Shown one piece after another: positions 22,826 through 35,060 of a DNA stretch of 64,000 nt. The DNA lies in contig NC_043010.1 of the NCBI RefSeq assembly GCF_006345805.1, positions 1,798,001-1,862,000 on the forward strand, in the 5' to 3' direction. The notes below the pieces were generated by a model that was not told the DNA's origin, made no database searches, and was given only the letters and a program-made list of their open reading frames with translations. Numbering within the stretch: position 1 is the first letter of the stretch; every line of letters starts with the position of its first letter. Both the position numbers and the translations under genes were made by a program. Source of the stretch: Octopus sinensis. Taxonomy: Eukaryota.

Positions 22826-23942
22826 ATAAGTCTTAATTTTATTTTTTATTTTCAAAGAATGCTACTAAATGTCGATCACCAAACTTTGTCAACAATTCCT
22901 AATCAGAATCCAAGTCTATGGGTGCCTCTAAAACCTAATAATGATTGTATATTATGAACTTCATCTGATTTTTTGTGAAATTTCTTTTTAATTCATTATG
23001 TTATATGAAGAACAAGAACCATCAAAGACTCCTCTTCATATGTCTTATCTTTTACTTGCCCCTTACTGGGGCACCACTTTGAACAGTTTTAGTCAAAGAA
23101 CTGAACCCCACTTCTTATGTTCTCTCAAGTCTGGTATTTATTCTATCGCTTTCTTTTCCTGAACCTCTTGTTTACTTGGAAATAAACAAACCAACATCAG
23201 TTGTCAAGTATTGGTGAGAGACAAATACACACACCAAGATATATATATAGATGTTTATACACATATAGACACACAACTGACTTCCGCACATTTTCCACCT
23301 ACCAAATTCACTCATTGTGCATTTATATTAGAAGGATATATCAGAAGACATTTGCTTTAGGTGCCCCACAATGGGACTGAACACAAAACTATATCATTGC
23401 AAAGCTAGCTTCATTATCACACAGCCATGTCTGTGCCTATGCTCTTGTTAAAAAGAAAAGAAAAAGGAAATCTGTCTGAAGCCACCTGCAAGTGGAATTG
23501 AACTTAGCTTGCAAGCTAACAAACCATTTTATTCTTTTACAATACAGTCACTGTGGTTTGGCACATATTTTAATTAATCAAAAACAAATAAACATGGACC
23601 AAGGTAATTATTGGTAGATATCTAAGTAGACAAAAATACATTTACTGAAATTTTTAGGTGGGTTGGTGTGCAAAGCAGTGACAGAAAATAAACTTTAGAT
23701 CAGTTCAAATATGGGGGGGGGGGATTTATACTTACAATAACAAAAAAAAAATATCTTCTATTACTGCTTCATGCACCTACCCATGTATTTGTTCCAGCCT
23801 AGTGGCCTACACATGCAATTTTTTGGGGGTTTTTTTGCAGGATCAGTACATCACTATTTTCCGATCCTCTTTACTTTCTAAATAACAATATTCCGGAAAA
23901 CATTTAAAAATTATTTTCTATCGTTTAATTAATTTAAATACC

Positions 23943-24174
23943 TATTTCTTTATTACTCACAAGGGGCTAAACATAGAGGGGACAAACAAGGACAGATATA
24001 GGTATTAAGTCGATTACATCAACCCCAGTGGGAAACTGATACTTAATTTATCGAGCCCAAAAGGATGAGAGGCAAAGTCGACGTTGGCGGAATTTGAACT
24101 CACGATGTAACGGCAGACAAAATACTGCTAAGCATTTCGCCCAGCGCGCTAACGATTCTGCCAGCTCGTCACCA
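23943..24174 (-). mobile_element. SINE family B1
   Basis: 17-bp TSD with one mismatch, taattaattt(a/c)aatacc, at 23926-23942 and 24175-24191. Confidence 0.88.
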
Positions 24175-24994
24175 TAATTAATTTCAATACCATTCCCTAA
24201 ACAATATTTTCCATGTTAGTCAATGTATTATAATCTTATTTGTGTACTTAATGATTCTTCCATCATTACTACAGCAAATACAATGAAGTTTCTGCTTCAC
24301 TGAGGAGACATAATACTGAAACACGTACTGAGTTATCTCTCTTGCTTTCTTGAAATAGTTAACATTCATCATTGATCAATGTAGTTATTTTTTTTTTTCT
24401 CCATATCATATAATTATTTTTGTTTAATACAATTAATTTCACTGGCATTGTTATCAGTAACTGACTGAATCTGTGATCATCTGCTTTAATCCTCAAACAA
24501 ACTGTTTTTCCATTTTTAATTTTGTCTCTAATTGTTATTAACACACAACACACACACACCACACACACACACACATAGCAGTGTAATACATTGGGCAATT
24601 ATCTTCTACAACAGCTCTGTAAGTGGATTTTGGAAATGATAGCTGTAAGAATCACGTGTTTGTGTCTCCCTCTCCGTCTTCACATCATGTGATACTTGTG
24701 GATGAATGTCCCTGCCAAACGAGTGGTGTCATCAATTTCTGCAGGAATATGTCTGACCATGGAGAAATATTACCTTGATTGGAAACAGGTAAGGGTTGGC
24801 AACTGGAACAACATCTGGCTGCAGAAAATCTACCTCAATAAATTCCATCTCACCGAGGCAAGAACGGAAGAAAGGACATTAAAATGGTGATGTATGTATG
24901 TATAATGTTTGGAGTGATTGTATATCAAGGAAATGGAGGAAGCAGAATTTTGGATAATTCTTTTAGTGCTTTCATCCATTCTACTCTTTTACCC

Positions 24995-25340
24995 TACTTT
25001 TTCTATTTGTTTCAGTCATTTGACTGTAGCCATGCTGGAACCACCTTTAGTTGAGCAAATCAACCCCAGTACTTATTCTATTGGTCTCCTTTGCCAAACC
25101 GCTGTAGACACACCAACATCGGTTGTCAAGTGATAATTGGGGGGGGGGTGAACAAACATATACACATATATATATTACAATAGGCTTCTTTCAGTTTCCG
25201 TCTACCATATCCACTCACAAGGCTTTGGTCAGCCCAAAGCTATAGTAGAAGATACTTGCCCAAAGTGCCACACCATGGGACTGAACCCAGAACCATGTGG
25301 TCGGTAAGCAAGCAACTTACCACACAGCCATTCCTGCACC
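24995..25340 (-). mobile_element. SINE family A
   Basis: Family modules present; many CpG>TpG/CpA changes. Confidence 0.82.
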
Positions 25341-25459
25341 TATGAGAATTTTTCAAAATAAATTTTATAGAAAATTTCTTGGCTGTTATACAAATGAAGA
25401 GGAGGAGAGAGAAAAGAGGAAGGAATACATTCACACACACACACCACACACACAGCTGC

Positions 25460-25995
25460 AGGTGTGGCTGTTTGGTAAGAAGCTTGCCATTTAATGGTTC
25501 CGGGTTCAGTCCCACTACATGGCATTTTGGGCAAGTGTCTTTTACTATAGCCTCAGGCCAATCAAAGCTTTGTGAGTGGATTTGGTAGACAGAAACTGAA
25601 AGAAGCCTGACATATTTATATTACTAAGTTAAGGGGACATAAAGACACCAACACTGGTTGATAATCAATATGTGTGTGTGTGGGGGGGTGACAAACACAG
25701 ACACAAAAACACACATATATGTATGTATCTGCATGTGTGTGTGTGTGTTGTGTGTGGCAGGTTTTTGTGTCTGTGTTTGTCACCCACTCACCACTGCTTG
25801 ACAACCAGTGTTGGTGTGTTTACATCCCAGTAAATCAGCAGTTGTTAAAAGAGTAAACCAAAAGAGACAAAATAGAATGAGTTCTAGGATTAAAGAAAAA
25901 AGAAGTAACTTCTGGCATTGATTTGTTTGACTAAAACTCCTCAAAGTGGTGCCCCAGCATGGCCGCAGTCAAATGACTGAAACAAGCAAAAGATA
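25460..25995 (+). mobile_element. SINE family A with internal inverted fragment
   Basis: Head at caggtgtggctg; 25625-25715 is a minus-orientation piece of the same family. Confidence 0.7.
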
Positions 25996-26014
25996 AAAGA
26001 TATATATATATGCA

Positions 26015-26390
26015 CAAGCGTGGCTTTGTGGTAAGAAGTATGCTTTCCAACCACATGGCTCCAGGTTCGGTCCCACTCCGTGTCACCTTGGGCAAATGTC
26101 TAATATAGTGGATTTGGTAGGTGGAAACTGTAAAAAGCCTTTCATGTATAATATAATGTGTGTGTGGCATGTGTCCTTGTCTGTTGTCTCCCAACCACTG
26201 CTTGACAACCAGTATTGGTTTGCTTACATCCCTGTAACTTAGCAGTTCAGCAAAAAGACACCAATAAAATAAGCACCAGGTTTAGGGTATAAAAAAAATG
26301 TACTGGGGTAAATTTGTTTCATTAACCCCTTCAAGGCAGTGCCCCAGCATGGCTGCAGTCTAATAACTGAAACAAATAAAAGATAAAGGC

Positions 26391-26395
<5 letters not shown>
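26015..26395 (+). mobile_element. SINE family A
   Basis: aagcgtggctttgtggtaagaag head to aactgaaacaaataaaagataaa. Confidence 0.8.
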
Positions 26396-26421
<26 letters not shown>

Positions 26422-26424
26422 TTT

Positions 26425-26605
26425 CAGGTTGCGGCCATGCTGGGGCAATGCTTTGAAGAAATATTAATCAAATGAATCGACCCCAATACTTATATTTTTC
26501 ATGAAGCTTGGTATTTATTCTATTGGTCTCTTTCTGCTGAACCACTAAGTTATGAGGACATAAACACACCAACACCAGTTGTTGAGTGGTCATGGGAGAC
26601 AAACA
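26425..26605 (-). mobile_element. SINE family A 3' half, headless
   Basis: Ends at gggagacaaacac, where the internal (TA)n normally begins. Confidence 0.75.
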
Positions 26606-26606
26606 C

Positions 26607-26955
26607 AAAGATATATACACATATGTATATATATATATGTATATATATGTATATGTATATATACATATATATATATGTATGTTTACATATATATATTGTA
26701 TGTTACATTATATATATATATTATATATACATATATATGTATGTTTACATATATATATATGTATGTTTACATATAATATATATATATATATGTATGTTTA
26801 CATATATATATAATGTATGTATTTTACATATATATATATATGTATGTTTACATATATATATATGTATGTTTACATATATATATATGTATGTTTACATATA
26901 TATATATATGTATGTTTTTATATATATATATAATATATTATATGTTGTGTTTTAT

Positions 26956-26986
<31 letters not shown>

Positions 26987-27205
26987 TTTTATATATATAT
27001 ATATATATATATGTATGTTTACATATTATATATATATATATGTATGTTTACATATATATATATATATATGTATGTTTACATATATATATATATATATGTA
27101 TGTTTATATATATATGTGTGTATGTTTACATATATATATATAATATGTGTGTGTGTGTATTTACATATATATATATATATGTATGTTTACATATATACAT
27201 ATATG
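26607..27205. repeat. Compound (TA)n minisatellite with higher-order unit GTATGTTTAC(AT)n
   Basis: gtatgtttacat recurs more than ten times between (AT) runs. Confidence 0.95.
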
Positions 27206-28089
27206 CCACATGTTGCAAACTGATAATGGCTACAGACAGGAAGGGTACCTAACCACAAATCCTGCTTCAAATAAACCCACTTCCAAACTTACACTAGTAT
27301 GGAAATTGAAATATAATGGACAAACAAAGCCATCCCTTCTTATTGGAGAAACCATTATCGCAATATATAACAAATTAATACATCCGGCAATTAAATAAAT
27401 TACCTATCAATCTACTCTGATTTAGTTTAATGTTAATGAAATCCTCGAGATACAAACAACAACTTGTAGTTGATTATTTTTCCATGATTAATCATATTGA
27501 ACGAGTCCATAGAGATTTAACTCATAGCTACAGTAGCATATTTTGTCCAGTTAGAGTGACCAGTTGTGTCCAGTATCATCAAGCCATTAAGTATTTTGAC
27601 TGTGATTGAGGTTTCTCGATCAATAAGAGGCCAGGAATGTGTGTTAATTACATATTAATGTTTGGTTGATTACTGGAAACTGTGCGCACTATATTGAGTA
27701 TTTGGGGTGAAAAATAGCATATTTGGATGGTTTTTGTTTTGTTTTGCTTTCTTTTTTTTCACATAAAATTGATCTGCCATCTCGTATAAAGCTAGAACAC
27801 ACTCAAGCACAAAATCATAGTCAGAACTGGTAAATCAGAGCAAGATAGTCTTACAGGAATAAATCACATTATCGAACACTTATTGAATAAGGAAGACAAA
27901 AGTGATTATTATATATGCAAGAAATTGGTATATAGAAGAAGAATTTTTCTAGCAGCAGACAGATTTAAGTATTGGTTAGGAAAAGTAAGTATGACATGCA
28001 TTTCTGCCATTTAGTGATTTATTAAATTGGACCCTGAGAAACTTTTTGCCAAGTCATTATGTGATCTAAGGAAGAATTTTAACATTTAG

Positions 28090-28309
28090 CCCTTTAGTGT
28101 GCAGATTACTCTGTTAAATGTAATACTTTTTCACTCAAATTGTTTTGAATTACTCATGCATTGTCTTAGAGCTTTGAGGTTTCAATGATGTGATTGCTTA
28201 TTTTTAGACTGTCAATGTAGGTTAGGAGTGAGAGGTTAGATATGGCTAGTTCAAATATAAAACATGTAGAATATTTGGGCTGGATATGGCTGGTTTAAAC
28301 ATTAAAGGG
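28090..28309. mobile_element. piggyBac-like MITE, second family
   Basis: ccctttag...taaaggg termini; both flanks read TTAG. Confidence 0.78.
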
Positions 28310-28449
28310 TTAGAGGCTGTATCGGAGCTGACGGAATCATTTAGATTATGGAATACCAGGTGAACAGTCTTCAGGTTATATTCTGTTAACAGCACAATTG
28401 TGTTCTTCACAAATACTTTAAGTTGTAAACAGATCTAAATTTACTTTTT

Positions 28450-28840
28450 TACTCTTGTTTCAGTCATTTGACTGTGGCTATGCTGGAGCACTGCCTTTAG
28501 TCGAACAAATCGACCCCAGGACTTATTCTTTGTAAGCCTAGTACTTATTCTATCGGTCTCTTTTGCTGAACTGCTAAGTTACGGGGACATAAATACACCA
28601 GCATCGGTTGTCAAGCGATGTTGGAGGGACAAACACAGACACACAAACATATACACACATGTAATATGCATTTATACGATGGGCTTCTTTCAGTTTCCGT
28701 TTACCAAATCCACTCACAAGGCTTTGGTCAGCCTGAGGCTATAGTAGAAGACACTTGCCCAAGGTACCATGCAGTGGAACTGAACCTGGAACCATGTGGT
28801 TGGTAAGCAAGCTACTTATCACACAGCCACTCCTACACCT
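28450..28840 (-). mobile_element. SINE family A, full length
   Basis: All modules present. Confidence 0.88.
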
Positions 28841-29222
28841 GTAGATAATTGAGCCTTGATTGACTAGAAAAATTAGGATGAAATGGTTTCCAACTATGAC
28901 CATCTCATTTGTTTTAAGCGTTTGTAAAGTACATAACTGAACGTTTTTTCATCTCCCAAGAAAAGAGGATGTGATCTGAAGGAAATTTGGTAGCTATTTC
29001 TAGCAGGTAAATTAACCATGTGGAGGTTCTTTTGTAAGCATGTAGTGTAGGCAGTAATAAGATATTTATAGCCCATGGCTGCTGTCAGGTGGAATGCAAC
29101 ATAACAGATTATGCTTGTAGAGTCTTGGAGAGATTGTGCCTAAGAAAAATAATGTCATCATAGGTCTGCTTGATTAGGGTCAGTAAAGGGTTAACCCTTG
29201 ATTAGGGTCAGTAAAGGGTTAA

Positions 29223-29425
29223 CCCTTTAGCATTCAGATTATTCTGTCGAATATAATGCTTAATTATTCATTGTTTTGAATTAATCCTGCATTATCTCAT
29301 AGCTTTGAGATTTCAATCATGTAACTGTTTATTTTTAGAATGACATTGTAGGGTAGGTGTGAGAGGTCAGAGCTGGCTGGTTTGAACAATAAACAGGTCG
29401 AATATTTGGGCTGAATATGGCAACA
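29223..29425. mobile_element. piggyBac-like MITE (same family as 28090), right end lost
   Basis: TTAA|ccctttagcattcagatt...; another partial copy at ~37440-37620. Confidence 0.72.
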
Positions 29426-29783
29426 TACACACAAACCAAAACAAGGGAGCCTTTATGTGGTCATTTGACTGGCTAGAAATAACAATCAAATCTCTAAAAT
29501 TATAGTTTATTGTTGCAGAAAAATATAACCACATTTGATAAATGTGGTCTTATGTATAGTGTCTGGGAGAAAAAGATGAGAATCTATCATCACATGACTG
29601 CTTGATTTGGGTTGATTGACTTAGAATTAATAAACGCCGCATGCTCACACATGCACACACCAAACTGAATGAGCCCTTATGTGGATGTTAATTTGCTAGA
29701 AATAACTAAATTTCCCTCAATTTATACTTTACCATCTTTGAATTAGATGAGTAAAACTGTGTCTAAGAAAAAAGATGGGAATT

Positions 29784-30177
29784 ACTTATTTCTTTACTCC
29801 CCGCAAGAGGGGACAAACAGATTAAGTCGATTATATCGACCCCAGTGCGTAACTGGTACTTATTTAATCGACCCCTGAAAGGATGAAAGGCAAAGTTGAC
29901 CTTGGCAGAATTTGAACTCAGAACGTAGCAGCAGATGAAATACCTATTTCTTTACTATCCACAAGAGGCTAAATACAGAGAGGACAAACAAGGACAGACA
30001 AACAGATTAAGACGATTATATTGACCCCAGTGCATAACTGGTACTTATTTAATCGACCCCGAAAGAATGAAAGGCAAAGTCGACCTTGGCAGAATTTGAA
30101 CTCAGAACGTAGCGGCAAACGAAATACTGCTAAGCATTTCACTCAGTGCACTAACATTTCTGCCAGCTCACCGCCTT
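29784..30177 (-). mobile_element. SINE B1 dimer
   Basis: Full unit plus 5'-truncated unit; 12-bp TSD aagatgggaatt at 29772-29783 and 30178-30189. Confidence 0.88.
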
Positions 30178-30844
30178 AAGATGGGAATTTCTTTGATCAT
30201 AGACCAGCTTGATTGGTGAAATGACCAAGGGCTAAATGACAATAATGACTAATAATATAAACAGAAAGAAAAGAAAGAAGAAAAAAAACTCCTGTATGTA
30301 ATAACAATTGCCTCTGATTAGCTTTAATCTGTTCGGGTGGTCATCATTCGGAGATGAAATTTACAGTCTATATCCAATTATCGTAATTGTGTTTCAATGA
30401 ATAAATAATATTTTAAGTTGTTTATTTTTGTATTTTAACTGCAGGAATTGGAGACTGTCAGTAAGCTAAGAGCACACCCAACCTGAATGAACGGGTGTTT
30501 TATTAGTAAAATTGCCGCCTGTAGAATCAATGAAATAGTCAGTGAATAAAATAGTCTACTAAATCAATGGATGTGTATATAATGTGTGTGAGTGTGAGAA
30601 AGAGAGAAAGTTTGTAAGTTTTTAGTGATTATTTACAAGCAATGGTTTAATACTAATGAATTGAAACACTGTTAGTCCAAAAGATCAAATTCCAGAAATC
30701 CTGTCAACACTAATATCATTTCTCTGCTTACTATAATGTGGCAGCAACACCACTTCATTTTGAAGATGAGACTGTGAAGATCTAAAATTTGGTAACTTTG
30801 TTACTCCATACAAACAATATATCTTTTATCTTACTTTGACTTAA

Positions 30845-31500
30845 TTCCAAAATCTTAGTTCTAGTACAAATTGTAATCCTTCTGGTACAATTTCTTTTGG
30901 AACTCAGTCTGAAATTCCATGTGGGTGTTTGTCTAACTAGAATTCTGCTGCTTCTAATCCTAATCCATGGGTAATACTTGTGTATTGGCTGATCACATCA
31001 AAACTAATCATAATCATCTCTACTCTTTCTGGTATGTGATTTAGGAAATCCATGTCTTCTCTGAGGTAACTAGGAACCAAACTGCAGAATTGTTTCAGTC
31101 TTACTTCCAGTAAATTACTTAATTGTCAGGTGCCTCATGTTTGTCCTACAACAATTGCACATAATTTTAAACCAGAGAATTTTTACAAATGGTGTATGGA
31201 GGTCTTGTAAGTTATTACAGGTTTCTTTAAATTTATGAATTATCAGAAGCATACAAAAATTGTTTGCTTTTTCTCAAAATATTTATTAATCCAGTTCTTT
31301 TTCCATTGTTACTTTTGAATTATTTGTTCATTATTTGCTTATCCTTATTAGTTTCTAATTTTTGGGAGAAATGCTGATCATTTTGTTGTTTTGAAGGGAT
31401 TTCCCTGTGAGATGTCTTTTCCGTTATTACAATGGCTTCTCATTTGTCAGCTTCTACAATGACTATAGAAGACTCTTTCTATAGACATGTGTTTTGCTCT
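30845..31500 (-). pseudogene. Penelope-like element RT fragment, degenerate
   Basis: Minus-strand frames: SIVIVEADK*EAIVI; NDQHFSQKLETNKDKQIM; NFCMLLIIHK; LSNLLEVRLKQFCSLVPSYLREDMDFLNHIP; SFDVISQYTSITHGLGLEAAEF*LDKHP; PKEIVPEGLQFVLE. Confidence 0.85.
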
Positions 31501-33030
31501 TCATACACTATACGTAAAGATTCACAAACCGTCTGATTTAAAATCATGCCTAATTGTTGCAGGACCAACATCAATCATCCTCCAATTAAACAATTTACTG
31601 AACATTCTTTTGAAATAATTCTGCTTAATCATTCCTTTCTTTCAATAGGCAGGATATGGATTTCATAAATCACTTTCCATAAAGATCAGATATAGAGACA
31701 ATCTTATTTTTTTACGTGATCAGTCGCTAACCAAATATCCCCCGTGGATTAGGACTGAAAACATTAGAATTCTCAATACGCAAATGCCCACACAGAATTC
31801 AGGAAAAATTTCCAAAAGAATTTATACTAGGAGGACTATGATTGGTGCTAGCAAACAACTGTTTCTATTTTGATAGCCAATCAAGCAGAAGGTAGTTACA
31901 ACTAATGCTGCATGAAAGTTGCTTCCACATAAGACTGGTGATGGGATTCTTTGAACAAAAAACATTGTCTGATTTGGAATTACTTTTGGTAAGCATTTCA
32001 ATTCTGCTTAAAAGTAAACTGTAAAAGGTTCCTATATGACTGCTTTGTATTTTGGAATAGAAGTAAAGAAGACCTTACAAGATTTCTTAGATTAAAAGAT
32101 AGCGTTTATGAATTGATCCAATGAATAATGGAAATAAATGAAAGAACTTTTTTTGGTCATTTTGATCATTTTGGTAATTAAGGAGAATGAAGTTGTTATA
32201 TTTGATCTCTACCACAAGGGCACAAACACAACAATACATAGATTTTAGATCTTGCCATCCATTCCATATTGAAAGAAACATTTCACTTAATGACAAATGT
32301 ATATGTTCTATAGTTCTTCACTTGAGTAGTCAACAGAGATGACTGGCAGACCAAAAATATTCTTTCAGAAAAAAAAATATCCAAAGGCAACAGTAAATCT
32401 TGCTATGACTACAGAAAAACAAATCCCTATCCTTGATTTGCTGAGAAACCCTCACAATGAGGAGAATGACTAAAGCAGAAATATTCCATTTGTTGTCAGC
32501 CATAAACCTAAAAACTACGTCTTAGATATGGCCAAACAATATCTTCCAGTTCTACACCAATCTTCAGATTATTAGAAAACTATAGATCTATAAATTATTA
32601 ACAACTATAGACAACTACCAGATTATAAACTCTTAACAAAGGTGAAATTCACAGAAGATAAAATGCAGATAACAAAATGTGGAGACTTTTGTTGCAGAAG
32701 AGACGAGAGAAAAACCAAAAATTTGAGAATGGGAAAGAATTGAAGGTTAATGCAAATATGAATTGAAAAAACAAAAAATCTCTTTTACTGTATCACATGT
32801 CCACAGCGCAATGAGAAATATATTGGCCAAACAGGATCAAAATTGTTCAGGTAGTGTATATTTACAACCAATCAGATTCATCTCACAGAAATGTTCCCAA
32901 GAGCAAACATCAAGGCATTTGTGCAAATGGAAAATTCAAAATATTCCTCTTTTCAAATTAAAGGAAGAAAATGATCAACTATGAAAACCAAAAGAATACT
33001 TTATAAGAATTGTAAAGCTGAAATCATGAA
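31501..33030 (+). mobile_element. 5'-truncated Penelope-like element (RT + GIY-YIG endonuclease), degenerate
   Basis: KIHKPSDLK..IVAGPT; PNIPRGLGL; FPKEFILGGL*LVLANN; LVMGFFEQK; KRFL(D>Y)DCFVFW at ~32026; QYIDFRSCHP.HIERNI; NLFYCITCPQRNEKYIGQTG at ~32777-32836. Confidence 0.9.
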
Positions 33031-33120
33031 GGAAATGGTCAGCACCACAACTAACAACTTTTTCCATAGAGATTATCTTATAACATGTGAATTTGAAAGC
33101 TGAAACTAGTGAAAGGTGTA

Positions 33121-33495
33121 CTCTCTTTTACTTGTTTCAGTCATTTGACTGTGGCCATGCTGGAACACTGCCTTTTGTCGAGTAAATCAACCCCAGGACT
33201 TATTCTTTCTAAGCCTAGTACTTATTCTATCAGTCTCTTTTGCCGAACCGCTAAGTGACGGGGACGTAAACACACCAGCATCTGTTGTCAAGCAATGTTG
33301 GTGGCGGGGAACAAACACAAACACACACACATGTACGATGGACTTCTTTCAGTTTCAGCCTACCAAATCCATTCACAAGGCTTTGGTTGGCCCAAGGTTA
33401 TAGTAGAAGACACTTGCCCAAGGTGCCACGCTGTGGGACTGAACCCGGAACCATGTGGTTGGTAAGCAAGCTACTTACCACACAGCCACTCCTAC
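33121..33495 (-). mobile_element. SINE family A, full length
   Basis: Near-consensus copy just downstream of the PLE. Confidence 0.9.
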
Positions 33496-34554
33496 ACAAA
33501 ACAGACAAACCGCCTTCCATAAAATATATGCGAATTCGTTTTGGACAATTTCATTTTTCAAAGTAGTGTTTAGAGTGGAAAGAAAAGAGGAGAGACAAAG
33601 AAAAGCCAAAAGAAGGAAGAAATGAACAATGCTGGAAAAATGCCCATGTAGGACTGTCCATGTGGAACTGACCTACATGAAGCTGAGAGCATTTCTTGCA
33701 GTTGCTGTGCATGAAAGAAAAAACATATACACACATATATACAATATATATATCACCCTACCCATGAGTGCTTTTTCAATAGGTTTGAGTAAAACGCTAG
33801 TCACACATAACCTCCTGATGATGGGATAAGAACTACTGTTCATGTATTATAAAACGTAGGTCAAAGGAACTGAGACACTGGTGATGTGATACGGACCACA
33901 GGTTAAATGTTATGAACCAATGATCACATGATAAAAACCACTGACATCTTGGTTGCTTATCCGATACACAACCATCTCTCTCCCTCAGTTCTCTCAATGA
34001 CCTTGAGTCTAGTCAAAAGAAACTAATATAATATATTCTATTGGTTATCTTTTGCATAAGTTAAGCCTAATTTGTCCTCGCTTTTATGGCTAACATCATT
34101 ATTACTGACAAATACAGTACAGTATATGTAAATTAATTACCAACTTATTTTGATGAGAGGGTAATAAAACACACACGTACACACAGACCTCTACACCTCT
34201 CACTATACACCACGCTCATTAATTCATGTGTGTATGTATAGGAGTTAGTATAAGTGAACATTTTTTGCGTATGTGTGTATATGTTTGTGTATGGTTTTTC
34301 GTGTATGTCTGTATGAATGTGTATACATACCACTTGAAGTACACATAGAAAGTTTTAATGTAGTCAATTTTCTAATGTATATATTTTGTATGAATTCATA
34401 ATCACACCACACACACACACAGTTAATCTTGGCTCAGACATACACGTAGGGTTTCATAATTTCAGTCAACAACAGTAGAACCTATATACACAGCAGTCAG
34501 TTAGCCATATGAATATATTCACAAGCAAATATTGTATATCATAAAAAAGTGTTT

Positions 34555-34590
<36 letters not shown>

Positions 34591-34624
34591 GCTATATGCA
34601 ATTGTATCATATGCAAATACGATT

Positions 34625-35060
34625 TTGTATGTATGTGCATGTATGTGAGTATGTATGTCTATATATATAAATATATATGTATATATATATGTATGTATAT
34701 ATATATATATCTATATATATATGTATGTGTATGTATGTATATGTATGTATATATATATCTATATATGTATGTGTATGTATGTATATGTATGTATATATAT
34801 ATATATCTATATATGTATGTGTATGTATGTATATGTATGTATATATATATATATATCTATATTTTTATGTATGTGTATGTATGTATATGTATGTATATAT
34901 ATATATATATCTATATATATGTATGTGTATGTATGTATATGTATGCATATATATGTATACATACATGTATATATATATGTTTATATATGTATGTATATAA
35001 ATGTATATGATAATATATATATGTATGTATATATGTGTGTGTGTGCACACACATATATAC
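34625..35060. repeat. Compound (TA)n/(TATG)n minisatellite
   Basis: Recurring unit gtatgtgtatgtatgtatatgtatg(ta)nct. Confidence 0.95.

Noticed and set aside
26579-27252. Long Y/I/M/C-rich ORFs (also 34549-35098, 40013-40413, 60917-61175)
   Set aside because: Translations of (TA)n/(TATG)n repeats.
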